Shown here: positions 30,943-39,790 of the stretch, in pieces | Position numbering within the stretch: the stretch's first letter is position 1 | Layout of the letters: the number at the start of each line of letters is the position of its first letter | DNA from: Halobacteriales archaeon SW_5_70_135 | GTDB taxonomy: Archaea; Halobacteriota; Halobacteria; Halobacteriales; SW-7-71-33 | Length of the DNA: 64,000 nt | NCBI GenBank assembly: GCA_003022865.1 | Contig: PXSK01000041.1 | Coordinates: 48,475-112,474, forward strand | Direction of reading: 5' to 3' | Notes under the pieces: model-generated | What the model was told of the DNA's origin: nothing | Seen by the model: the letters and a program-made list of their open reading frames with translations, nothing else | Database searches by the model: none | Program-made: the position numbers and the translations under genes

Positions 30943-32769
30943 TCACGAGTCCTCGGGCGCGTAGTAGTACTCGCCGGCGCGTTTCTGTTCGCGGTCCTTC
31001 TGGCTGTCGGGCTTGTTGATGCGTGGACGGCCGACGCGGCCGTCGCGGCGGAACGTCACGCCGAGGTTCGAGAGGAAGTCGTTCATGCCGTCCCGCATCG
31101 ACTGCGGGGTGCCGGCGTGGCCGCGCTCGGCGGGGTCGCCGTCGAACACCATCAGTCGGTCGCTGACGAGGTCGACCATGTAGATGTCGTGGTCGACGAC
31201 CATCACCGTCGAGTCCTGGGACTCGCCGTAGCGGCGGATCGCCTTCGTCGCGAGTACGCGCTGCTCGACGTCCAGGTGGGCGGAGGGCTCGTCCAGCAGA
31301 TAGAGGTCGGCCTCCTCGCTGAGACAGGCGGCGACGGCGACCCGCTGGCGCTCGCCGCCGGAGAGGTCGGTGAGCTGCTGTTCCATGATCCGCTCTAACT
31401 GCAGCGGCTGGGCGATCTCCGTGTTCCAGTAGGAGGTGCCGACGTCGTCGGTGACCGTCGAGAGGAAGGCGTCGACCCGCATCGGCTGGTCGATCTCGAT
31501 GTACTGTGGCTTGTAGGAGACGTCGACGCCCGCGCCCAGCGCGGTCTCGTCCGGCCGCAGTCGGCCGGCGAGGACCTTCGCGAAGGTGGACTTACCGATG
31601 CCGTTCGGCCCGACGACGCCGAGCACCTCGTTGCGGTACAGCGTGCCGCCCTCCACCTCCAGGCGGAAGCCGTCGTCGCCGTACTGCCAGGTGAGGTCGG
31701 GGTAGTCGACCAGCGGCGTCGACTCGACGACCGGTCGAGGGGCGTGCTGCTCGAACTCGATCGGCTCGGGGCGGACGCGCATGTTCTCGTTCTCCAGGTA
31801 GCCCGAGAGGTACTCGTTGACGCCGACCCGGGTGGACTTCGGGTCGGTGAGCACGCCGTAGGCGCCGGGTTCGCCGTAGCCGACGTGGACGTCGTCGGCG
31901 AGCAGGTCCAGAATCGCCAGGTCGTGCTCGACGACGAGCACCGACCGCTCGGGGTCGCGCTCGACCAGGTCGCGGACGAGCCGGGCGACGGTCATCCGCT
32001 GACCGATGTCCAGGTACGGGGTGATCTCGTCGAGGAAGTAGAAGTCCGCGTCGCGGGCGAGGGCGGCCGCCACCGCCACCCGCTGGAGTTCGCCGCCGGA
32101 CAGGTCTTCGAGCGCGCGGTCGAGCACCGGCCGGAGCGAGAGACGGTCGACGAGCCGGTCGAGAACGCCCCGCTCGTCGGTGCCCTCCAAGAGGTCGCGG
32201 GTGACGCCCTCGAACCGGTCCGGGATGCGGTCGACGTACTGTGGCTTGCGGGCGACGCTGACCTCGTCGTCGCGCACCGCGGCGAGGTAGTCCTGCAGTT
32301 CGGTGCCGCGGTAGGCGTCGACGACGGCGTCCCAGTCCGGCGGCTCCGCGTGTCGCCCCAGGTTGGGCACCGTCTCGCCCGCCAAGGCGTGGACGGCCGT
32401 GGTCTTGCCGATGCCGTTCGGGCCGAGGATGCCGGTGACGCCGCCCGGCTGTGGCACGGGCAGCCCGTACAGTGAGAAGGCGTTCTCGCCGTAGCGGTGC
32501 GCCGGCTGCTCCTCCAACTCCGAGGGCAGGTTGACGATCTGGATGGCGTCGAAGGGGCACTTCTCGACGCAGATGCCACACGACTCGCCCAGACAGATCT
32601 CCTCGCTGATGCGCACCTGGTCGGGCTTGCCGCGCTCGGCGTCCTCGCCGCGCAGGGTGATACACTCCTTGCCGGTGCGGTTGGGCGGGCAGTAGTTCTT
32701 GCACTCGTAGTTGCACCGGTCTGGCTGGCACCGGTCGAGGTCGACGACGGCGATGCTGTCGTCGGCCAT
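30943..32769 (-). CDS. ABCE1 / RNase L inhibitor-type ribosome-recycling ATPase
   Basis: 608 aa. N-terminal double 4Fe-4S region (CQPDRCNYECKNYCPP...CLGESCGICVEKCPF) followed by two ABC modules (GPNGIGKTT, GPNGIGKST). Confidence 0.95.
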   Translation of the reverse strand: MADDSIAVVDLDRCQPDRCNYECKNYCPPNRTGKECITLRGEDAERGKPDQVRISEEICLGESCGICVEKCPFDAIQIVNLPSELEEQPAHRYGENAFSLYGLPVPQPGGVTGILGPNGIGKTTAVHALAGETVPNLGRHAEPPDWDAVVDAYRGTELQDYLAAVRDDEVSVARKPQYVDRIPDRFEGVTRDLLEGTDERGVLDRLVDRLSLRPVLDRALEDLSGGELQRVAVAAALARDADFYFLDEITPYLDIGQRMTVARLVRDLVERDPERSVLVVEHDLAILDLLADDVHVGYGEPGAYGVLTDPKSTRVGVNEYLSGYLENENMRVRPEPIEFEQHAPRPVVESTPLVDYPDLTWQYGDDGFRLEVEGGTLYRNEVLGVVGPNGIGKSTFAKVLAGRLRPDETALGAGVDVSYKPQYIEIDQPMRVDAFLSTVTDDVGTSYWNTEIAQPLQLERIMEQQLTDLSGGERQRVAVAACLSEEADLYLLDEPSAHLDVEQRVLATKAIRRYGESQDSTVMVVDHDIYMVDLVSDRLMVFDGDPAERGHAGTPQSMRDGMNDFLSNLGVTFRRDGRVGRPRINKPDSQKDREQKRAGEYYYAPEDS

Positions 32770-32770
32770 C

Positions 32771-33118
32771 TCAGGCCCCGCTGGTGAGCAACACGCCCCA
32801 GGTGATGAACCAGAGTCCGAACGTCATCACGAGCAGGTAGAGGAAGTCCTTCGCGCCGAAGTCGTCCTTGAGGAGGCCGACGGCCCGCAGTGCCGCCGGC
32901 TGGACGGCGACCAGCGCGAACACCATGATCACCGGCGTGAGACTGGTGGCCGCGTCCGTCGGCGGCAGCCCGGCGGTCAGCTCCTGGGAGACGAACGCCG
33001 CCCCGACACCGGAGAGTGCGGCCACGGCAGTGACGAGCACCGCCCTGGTGTGGTCGTCGACGCCCGCGCCGCCGTCGACCTCGGCGTCGACGTCAGCGTC
33101 GGCCTGTTCGGTCGCCAT
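32771..33118 (-). CDS. Small membrane protein (EMC6-like, tentative)
   Basis: ORF trimmed to the ATG at 33118: MATEQADADVDAEVDGG..., then hydrophobic helices (VLVTAVAALSGVGAAFV, VIMVFALVAVQPAAL, FLYLLVMTFGLWFITWGVLL). It stops 1 nt before the ABCE1 start. Confidence 0.6.
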   Translation of the reverse strand: MATEQADADVDAEVDGGAGVDDHTRAVLVTAVAALSGVGAAFVSQELTAGLPPTDAATSLTPVIMVFALVAVQPAALRAVGLLKDDFGAKDFLYLLVMTFGLWFITWGVLLTSGA

Positions 33119-33218
33119 AGCCGACGTTCTCGGCGCCGCGGCAAAAGCCGTTCGTTCCACCCGCCGCGGTCGTCGCACGCCAAGCTTATGAGGGTGGCAT
33201 TCGTTTCGATTCGTAACG

Positions 33219-33485
33219 ATGGCTGACGAGGACATCGAGGACCTGCCTCCCAGCGCGAAACTGGTGCTCAAGGTGTTACAGTACGACGGACCGCTCACGC
33301 AGAAACAGATCGTCGAGGAGTCGATGCTCTCCGCGCGCACGGTACGCTACGCCCTCGAACGCCTGGAGAACGTCGACGCCGTCGAGGAGGACGTCTACTT
33401 CGCCGACGCCCGACAGAGCCTCTACGAGATCGACCCCGAGGCGACCGTCACCGAGAACGGTGCCGACGCCTATCCCGCCGAGTGA
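33219..33485 (+). CDS. Small winged-helix transcription regulator
   Basis: 88 aa: MADEDIEDLPPSAKLVLKVLQYDGPLTQKQIVEESMLSARTVRYALERLENVDAVEE. Confidence 0.7.
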   Translation: MADEDIEDLPPSAKLVLKVLQYDGPLTQKQIVEESMLSARTVRYALERLENVDAVEEDVYFADARQSLYEIDPEATVTENGADAYPAE

Positions 33486-33535
33486 CTCCTCCTGTCCTGT
33501 GGCCGACACTCCGTCCCCCCGGCGCCGGCGACCGC

Positions 33536-35419
33536 TCAGCTCGGGACGACTCTGACCTCGTGGCCCCGGTCGACGGCACGCTCTATCTCCTCGGCGATCG
33601 CCGAGCCGCGGGAGACCTGCACCTCGCCGCCCCGTGAGACGGTGGCCGTGCAGACGTACACCTCGCCGGCGCGGATCTCGACGGTTTCGCCCTCGTAGCC
33701 CTGCGCCGGGACGACGACGTGCTGGCCCGTTATCTCGGGCGCGACGAGTTCGCCCTCGCCGGGCGTGTGCCGTGCCGGGTCGCCGCCCCCGCCGGGACCG
33801 CCGCTCCGACCCTGTCCCTGCCCCTGCCCCTGCCCGGGCCTCTCGTCGTGTGTGCGCACGTCGATCTCCATGCCGAGGCGGTCCTCGACGCCGGAGACGC
33901 GCCGGCCGCCCTTGCCGATCACCTGCGAGATGTCGTCGTCCTCGACGTAGACGATCGCCGAGTTCGGCCCCGTCACCTCCACCTCGACGTGACCGCGGGC
34001 GATCGCCCGCACTTCGCGTTCGATCTCCGAGCGGGCGATCCGGTCGACGCCGGTCTCCCCGCCGTCGCCGTCGCCGATCGGCACCGTCACGACCTGGCGG
34101 TTGAACGAGTAGATCTCGTACTCCGGGCGGCCGGTCTGGAACTCCCGCACCGTGATCACGGGTCGGGTGAGGTCCTCCTCGGTCAGCCCCTCGGGCACCT
34201 TCACCTCCGTGGAGACGTCGTAGACCGTGTCGACGCGACCCTCCTCGATGTAGACGACGGTGTCGACGATCTGGGGGATCATGCCCAGCTCGACGCGGCC
34301 GACGAGTCGCTGGAGCGCGTCGATGGCGCGGGTGGCGTGGACCACGCCGACCATCCCCACCCCCGCGAGGCGCATGTCCGCGAACACCTCGAAGTCGTCG
34401 GTCTTGCGCACCTCGTCGAAGACCGTGTAGTCGGGGCGGACCATCAGCAGCGCGTCGGCGGTCTTCGCCATGCTGCCGTCCAGGGCGGTGTACTGGGTGA
34501 CGTCCTCGCGCACCTGTAGGTCGCGCGGTTTCTCCATCGTCTTCACCGAGAAGCCGCCGTCGGCGAGGAACTCCGCGACCGCCTGCGCGAAGGTGGACTT
34601 TCCCGCGCCGGGTGACCCGGAGATCAGCACGCCCCGCGAGCCTTCGAGCAGCCGCTCGCGGAGGTCCTCGGCGAACTCGTAGTCGTCGAGGTCGGTCTTG
34701 ACGACCGGGCGGACGGCGGTGATCTCGCGGGCGTCCGAGAACGGCGGCCGGGCTATCGCGACCCGGTACTCGCGGAACTGGACGATCGTCATCCCCGGCT
34801 CGGAGAGCTCGACGAAGCCGTCCTCGCTCGCGCGGGCCGCGCTCTCGATCTCGGTCGCGTACGCCTCCAGCTCGGCGTCCGTGAGCGGGTCGTCGTCGAC
34901 GGCCTCGAACTGCATCTCGCCGACGGCCCCCCGCTTGGCCATCGGTCGCACGCCGGTGCGGAGGTGCACGCTCATCGTCTGCTCGTCGAAGAACTCCGCG
35001 ACGGACAGCGCCTCCACCTCGCTCGTGCGCGGTTCGAGCAGTTCGACGTCGAACTCCCCCTTCGCGCGGGCGACCCGGCTCTGCACCCGGTCGCTGGTCA
35101 GCAGCGTCGCCCCCAGGTCGGCGGCGTGGTCGCGGATGGCGGCGTCGAGTTCGCCCTCGCTCGCGGCCTCCGTCGCCGCCGGCCCGGGCCGGTCGCCGGC
35201 GTACTCCACGTCGACCCGGCCCTCGCCGGCGAGCGTCGCCAGCCGGTCGAGCTCCTCGATGCCGTCGAAGCCGGTGTCGAATCCGCGGTTGGCCTGTGCC
35301 TCCAGCTCGGAGACGACGACCTCCGGAACGGACACCGTGGCGCCCTCGTACTCGCCGCTCTCCACGCGCTCGGAGAGACGGCCGTCGACGACGACGCTCG
35401 TGTCCGGGACGACGATCAT
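33536..35419 (-). CDS. PIN-domain / PilT-like ATPase with a C-terminal KH domain (COG1855-type)
   Basis: 627 aa. N-terminal PIN (MIVVPDTSVVVDGRL), Walker A ISGSPGAGKSTFA, KH motif VIGKGGRRVSGVE, and a GQGQGQGQG linker. Confidence 0.85.
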   Translation of the reverse strand: MIVVPDTSVVVDGRLSERVESGEYEGATVSVPEVVVSELEAQANRGFDTGFDGIEELDRLATLAGEGRVDVEYAGDRPGPAATEAASEGELDAAIRDHAADLGATLLTSDRVQSRVARAKGEFDVELLEPRTSEVEALSVAEFFDEQTMSVHLRTGVRPMAKRGAVGEMQFEAVDDDPLTDAELEAYATEIESAARASEDGFVELSEPGMTIVQFREYRVAIARPPFSDAREITAVRPVVKTDLDDYEFAEDLRERLLEGSRGVLISGSPGAGKSTFAQAVAEFLADGGFSVKTMEKPRDLQVREDVTQYTALDGSMAKTADALLMVRPDYTVFDEVRKTDDFEVFADMRLAGVGMVGVVHATRAIDALQRLVGRVELGMIPQIVDTVVYIEEGRVDTVYDVSTEVKVPEGLTEEDLTRPVITVREFQTGRPEYEIYSFNRQVVTVPIGDGDGGETGVDRIARSEIEREVRAIARGHVEVEVTGPNSAIVYVEDDDISQVIGKGGRRVSGVEDRLGMEIDVRTHDERPGQGQGQGQGRSGGPGGGGDPARHTPGEGELVAPEITGQHVVVPAQGYEGETVEIRAGEVYVCTATVSRGGEVQVSRGSAIAEEIERAVDRGHEVRVVPS

Positions 35420-35480
35420 ACGCCGTACAGAGTGTCGCCGCTCGACGTCCAGACTCTTGCGGACCGATAGTGATCTCCGT

Positions 35481-36081
35481 CGAATAAATACATTTGATAA
35501 AGAATCTTTTAATAATACGTCACATCTCGGTGACTGAATTCGTTTATTGGATGCATGTCGTTGATCCTTATGTAAACCCAGGCCGGCTTGTCGTCGTTTT
35601 CTCTCCAGTATTCATTGTATCCTTCCTGCTTGATTGTGCTCCAAAAATCACGGAAATAGTTAGCTCCTTCCTCTTTACATGTGGATGCATCCTCGTTTTC
35701 TATCGCAAATTTTATAATGGTTTTAGAGTGTTGGTTGAACATTTCGTAATCAACTGTCACAGTACTGGACTCGTTAACTGAGGTGTCCATTCCCTCTGCG
35801 ATCTCCAATCTACTGATCGCGTATCTGTCATCCCGTTCTTCACAGTCACTACTAGTTGTCAACCAGCTGGGAGAGCTACCAACTGGTGAGACAGTCCTGC
35901 CCGTGTCATCAGTCCTGCTAAAGCTAGAACAACCAGGAACGCCAATAAGAACTAGCGCGCTTAGTGCCTGGCGTCGCCTCATGAGGCTGTTACACCTTAC
36001 GACGTAATGTGTATTTTGTGATATTCGTCTGAGTGGTGCCGTCAAATTTGTGTGTTCAGGATCGAAATCATGAAATAGTTC
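35481..36081. other. About 600-bp AT-rich island (probably foreign DNA) in a GC-rich chromosome
   Basis: Abrupt composition change (cgaataaatacatttgataaagaatcttttaataatacg ... gaaatcatgaaatagtt). It contains one gene and abuts a truncated gene remnant. Confidence 0.75.
35509..35982 (-). CDS. Tat-signal lipoprotein of unknown function, encoded in the AT-rich island
   Basis: ATG at 35982: MRRRQALSALVLIGVPGCSS (twin-Arg plus lipobox Cys), then an acidic 135-aa domain ending ...HPINEFSHRDVTYY. Many A/T-ending codons, unlike its neighbours. Confidence 0.6.
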   Translation of the reverse strand: MRRRQALSALVLIGVPGCSSFSRTDDTGRTVSPVGSSPSWLTTSSDCEERDDRYAISRLEIAEGMDTSVNESSTVTVDYEMFNQHSKTIIKFAIENEDASTCKEEGANYFRDFWSTIKQEGYNEYWRENDDKPAWVYIRINDMHPINEFSHRDVTYY

Positions 36082-36432
36082 GTGATCACGATCGAGGGCG
36101 ACCGGGAGGAGCACGACAGCGCGGCCAACCTCGAGTGGGCGCGCGAGACCGAGCGCCGCCTGCGCGAGGCGGGTGGCTCCGGCGCCTACGCCGGCTTCGC
36201 CGGCGTCGAGGAGCAGGCCCGGGAGGACTGGACCGAGCAGGTGTACGCCGACAGCTACGACCGCCTCGCGGCGATCGAGCGAGAGTACGACCCCGAGAAC
36301 GTCCTCCGGCACAACGTCAACGTCGATCCGCGGGTCGCCGCCGAGACGCCGGCCGACGATGACCGACCCGCCCTCCCCGCTCCGTCCCCTCGTGCCGGAA
36401 CCGTCAGACACACCTCACCGCCCAACGCGTAG
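36082..36432 (+). pseudogene. 3' remnant of an FAD-linked oxidase (berberine-bridge/BBE C-terminal domain); the N-terminal three-quarters or so is missing
   Basis: ITIEGDREEHDSAANLEWARETERRLREAGG...VYADSYDRLAAIEREYDPENVLRHNVNVDP matches only the last 100 or so residues of this roughly 450-470 aa family. It begins exactly at the island border. Confidence 0.6.
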
Positions 36433-36438
36433 AGGCGC

Positions 36439-36663
36439 ATGAGCCGACTGCAGGAGTACTGGGGGGTCGGGCCGAAGACCGCGGCGCTGCTCCGGGAGTC
36501 CGTCGGCGCGAGCGAGGCCGTCGAGGCCATCGAGTCGGCGGACGTGCGCACGCTCACCGAGGCCGGACTGTCGGGTGGTCGAGCGACCCGGATCGTCCCC
36601 GGATCCGCGTGCGCACGCCGCTGTCGGACCGCGAGGTCGCCCGGGAGCGCGTCGCCGAGGTGA
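36439..36663 (+). CDS. N-terminal helix-hairpin-helix module of the MutS5-like gene, in a different frame from the ATPase body
   Basis: MSRLQEYWGVGPKTAALLRESVGASEAVEAIESADVRTLTEAGLSGGRATRI is HhH-like (GVGPKTA). After residue 52 or so the translation turns into R/C/S-rich nonsense. Confidence 0.45.
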   Translation: MSRLQEYWGVGPKTAALLRESVGASEAVEAIESADVRTLTEAGLSGGRATRIVPGSACARRCRTARSPGSASPR

Positions 36664-38072
36664 TCGCGGCCCGGGAGTCCTGGGCCGCGATGGACGAGTC
36701 GACGCGGGCGGCGGTCGTCGACGCCTTCGAGACGTACGACGGCACGGCCGGCGAGCGTGCCGCCGTCGAGGCCGCACTGGTGCTGGCGGCCGCCGGCGCG
36801 ACCGAGGGCGTCTTCGAGCCGCTGGGCGACCTCAACCGCGAGACACTGCGCTCGGCTGCGGAGGCGCTCGGGGGGCTGGACGGCGAGGACGTCCGCGACA
36901 GCGTCGACGACCGGCTCGACGCCCTGCGCGAGCAGTACGCGGCCGTCGACCGTCTGTCGACGACGCCCGGCGAGATCGTCGCGGACCTCGGCCGGGGCGA
37001 CCCCGAGGCGCTGGAGAGTGCGTTCGTCCGTCGGGTCACAGACGAGACGGGCGTCGAGACCGCCCGCGTGCGGGCGGCGACGCCGACGGACGCCCGCGAC
37101 GCGGCCGACTTCGTCCGCGGGACGCTGCGGACGCTGGTCGACGACCTCGCGGCGGCGGTCGCGGAGCGCGAGACCGAGGTCCGCGGGCGGCTGCGCGACG
37201 CCGTCGGCGAGGCCCGCGAAGAGGTCGACGCCGCCGTCGGGGCGGTCGACGACGCCGCCGTCCACGTCTCGCTGGCTCGCTTCGCCGAGACGTACGACCT
37301 GCGCGCCCCGGAGTACGCCGACGAGCCGGGCGTCGCCGTCGTCGAGGGCCGCAACCTCGACCTGGCGGCCGCCGGCGAGGCGGTCCAGCCGGTCACCTAC
37401 GCCGTCGGCGACGTCGGGGTAGAGGCGAGTGTGAGCCCCCGCCCGCCGACGGCGCGGGTGGCGGTGCTCACCGGCGCCAACAGCGGCGGGAAGACGACGC
37501 TGCTTGAGACGCTGTGTCAGGTGGTGCTGCTGGCGTCGATGGGGCTGCCCGTCCCGGCGAAGCGGGCGACGGTGGGGCGGCTGGACGCGGTGGTCTTCCA
37601 CCGGCGACACGCCTCGTTCAACGCCGGCGTGCTGGAGTCGACGCTGTCGAACGTCGTCCCGCCGCTGACCCGCCGGGAGCGGACGCTGATGCTCGTCGAC
37701 GAGTTCGAGGCGATCACCGAACCCGGCCGGGCGGCGGACCTGCTGCACGGGCTGGTCGGACTGACCGTCGAGCGGGACGCACTCGGCGTGTTCGTCACCC
37801 ACCTCGCGGACGACCTCGAACCGCTGCCCGAGGCCGCTCGCACGGACGGCATCTTCGCACAGGGGCTCGGCCCGGACCTGGAACTGCGGGTGGACTACCA
37901 GCCCCGCTTCGACACCGTCGGACGGTCGACGCCCGAGTTCATCGTCTCCCGCCTGCTGGCCGACGCCGAGGACGCCCCGGAGCGGGTGGGCTACGAGGCG
38001 CTGGCGGAGGCCGTCGGCGAGTCCGCCGTGCAGCGCACGCTCGCCGACGCCCGCTGGGCCGACGGTTCCTGA
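36609..38072 (+). CDS. MutS domain-V-only ATPase (archaeal MutS5-like), body of the gene
   Basis: 487 aa. Walker A LTGANSGGKTTLLE, Walker B LMLVDEFEAITEP, and VFVTHLADDL. No mismatch-binding domain. Homology continues upstream of the GTG in this frame (DRPRIRV). Confidence 0.8.
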   Translation: MRTPLSDREVARERVAEVIAARESWAAMDESTRAAVVDAFETYDGTAGERAAVEAALVLAAAGATEGVFEPLGDLNRETLRSAAEALGGLDGEDVRDSVDDRLDALREQYAAVDRLSTTPGEIVADLGRGDPEALESAFVRRVTDETGVETARVRAATPTDARDAADFVRGTLRTLVDDLAAAVAERETEVRGRLRDAVGEAREEVDAAVGAVDDAAVHVSLARFAETYDLRAPEYADEPGVAVVEGRNLDLAAAGEAVQPVTYAVGDVGVEASVSPRPPTARVAVLTGANSGGKTTLLETLCQVVLLASMGLPVPAKRATVGRLDAVVFHRRHASFNAGVLESTLSNVVPPLTRRERTLMLVDEFEAITEPGRAADLLHGLVGLTVERDALGVFVTHLADDLEPLPEAARTDGIFAQGLGPDLELRVDYQPRFDTVGRSTPEFIVSRLLADAEDAPERVGYEALAEAVGESAVQRTLADARWADGS

Positions 38073-38077
38073 GCCGG

Positions 38078-38173
38078 GTGCCGCGAGCCCAAGAGTGAAG
38101 CGGTGACCGGCAGAAGCAGAGGAGACGACTCCGGTCGGCGAGAGTGCCGCGAGCCCAAGAGTGAAGCGGTGAC
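38078..38173 (+). repeat. Perfect 30-nt direct repeat (2 copies, 66 nt start-to-start) in the spacer upstream of the M32 peptidase gene
   Basis: gtgccgcgagcccaagagtgaagcggtgac occurs at 38078-38107 and again at 38144-38173. Confidence 0.85.
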
Positions 38174-38183
38174 GGACCGACGG

Positions 38184-39695
38184 ATGCCTATGGCGACGAC
38201 AGACTCCGACGTCGCGAACGCGCCACAGGCCTACGAGAAGCTGATCGACCGGTACGAGCGGGTGTCGAACCTGAACTACGCGAGCATGTACCTCAACTGG
38301 GACCAGCAGGTGACGATGCCCGAGGCCGGCGCCGCCGGCCGCGCCAGGCAGCTGTCCGCGCTCTCGGAGACCACCCACGAGCTGCTGACCGACGAGGCCG
38401 TCGGCGACTGGCTCGCCGCCCTCGAAGAAGCGGATCTCGACCCGGGCGAGGCGGCGAACGTCCGGGAGATCCGCCGGGACTACGAGCGCCGCGAGGCCGT
38501 CCCCGCCGACCTCGCGGCCGAAATCACGGAGACCGCCTCCGAGAACCAGCAGATCTGGCAGGACGCGAAGGCCGAGGACGACTTCGAGGCGTACGCCCCC
38601 CGACTGGAGCGCACCCGCGACCTGCAGGTCGAGCGCGCCGAGCACGTCGACCCCGAGACGTCGCCGTACGAGGTGATGTACGAGGACTCCCATCCGTACC
38701 TGCCGATCGAGACGATAGAACGCGTCTTCGAGCGTCTCGCCGACGAGCTGCCGGCGATGGTCGCCACGATCCGCGCCGAGGGCGACGAGCTGCCTCGCGT
38801 CGAGGAGCCCACGGACGAGGAGACCCAACGGGAGATCTCGGAGCGCGCGCTCGACTTCCTCGGCTACGACCGCTCGCGCGGACGGCTGGACACGGCGCCG
38901 CATCCGTTCATGGCCGGCAACCAGTTCGACGCCCGCGTGACCACGCGGTTCAACCCCGAGGACCCGATGGACCCGCTGACGGCGACGGTCCACGAGTTCG
39001 GCCACGCCACCTACCAGCTCGGACTACCGACGGAACACTACGGCACGCCGCTGGGCGAGTCCGTCGGCTCGATCCACGAGTCACAGTCCCGGTTCTGGGA
39101 GAACCACGTCGGCCGCACGAAGCCGTTCTGGGAGGCCTTTCTCCCCGAGATCGATGACCTGCCGGGCTACGACGTCACCCCACAGGAGGCCTACGAGGCC
39201 GCCAACCGCATCTACCCGGACAACCTCATCCGCGTCGAGGCCGACGAGCTCACCTACCACATGCACATCATCCTCCGCTCGGAGATCGGGCGCCAGTTCG
39301 TCGAGGGCGACCTCGCCGTCGAGGACGTGCCACAGGCGTGGAACGACGGGATGGACGAGTATCTCGGCGTGCGCCCGGAGACTGACGCGGAGGGCTGTCT
39401 CCAGGACATCCACTGGACCTCCCGGTTCGCCGCCTTCCAGGGGTACACCGTCGGCTCGGTGCTGGCCGCCCAGATCGACGCCACCGTCCGCGACGATCTG
39501 GACGTCGACGGGCTGGTGCGCGAGGGCGAGTTCGAGCCGATCCACGACTGGATGGTCGAGAACGTCCACAGCCACGGCAAGCGCTACACCACGCCCGAAC
39601 TGATCGAGGAGGCCACCGGCGAGGCGCTCACGGCGGACTACTTCCTCGAGTACGCCCGCGAGAAGTTCTCCTCGCTGTACGGCGTCTCGTTGTGA
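38184..39695 (+). CDS. M32 (Taq-type) metallocarboxypeptidase
   Basis: ORF trimmed to the ATG at 38184 (or 38190). HEFGHATY zinc motif, IHESQSRFWEN, ADELTYHMHIILR, and DIHW near the C-terminus. Confidence 0.9.
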   Translation: MPMATTDSDVANAPQAYEKLIDRYERVSNLNYASMYLNWDQQVTMPEAGAAGRARQLSALSETTHELLTDEAVGDWLAALEEADLDPGEAANVREIRRDYERREAVPADLAAEITETASENQQIWQDAKAEDDFEAYAPRLERTRDLQVERAEHVDPETSPYEVMYEDSHPYLPIETIERVFERLADELPAMVATIRAEGDELPRVEEPTDEETQREISERALDFLGYDRSRGRLDTAPHPFMAGNQFDARVTTRFNPEDPMDPLTATVHEFGHATYQLGLPTEHYGTPLGESVGSIHESQSRFWENHVGRTKPFWEAFLPEIDDLPGYDVTPQEAYEAANRIYPDNLIRVEADELTYHMHIILRSEIGRQFVEGDLAVEDVPQAWNDGMDEYLGVRPETDAEGCLQDIHWTSRFAAFQGYTVGSVLAAQIDATVRDDLDVDGLVREGEFEPIHDWMVENVHSHGKRYTTPELIEEATGEALTADYFLEYAREKFSSLYGVSL

Positions 39696-39710
39696 TCGGT
39701 TTTTCGGGTC
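39696..39710 (+). terminator. Candidate oligo-T terminator after the M32 peptidase gene
   Basis: A T5 run (ggtttttcgg) lies 5-10 nt after the stop codon. Confidence 0.3.
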
Positions 39711-39790
39711 TCGTCATTTCTCTCGGTACGTGTCGGTCTTCTCGGCCTCTTGGTCGGCCCGGAGAGCCCCCGTTCACGGCCGTTCGCCTG

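Noticed and set aside
35494-35781. Plus-strand 95-aa hydrophobic ORF in the AT-rich island.
   Set aside because: It is antisense to the ORF that has a proper Tat/lipobox signal and an acidic mature domain. Its F/I/L/V-rich translation is what antisense of an A/T-rich acidic gene would give.
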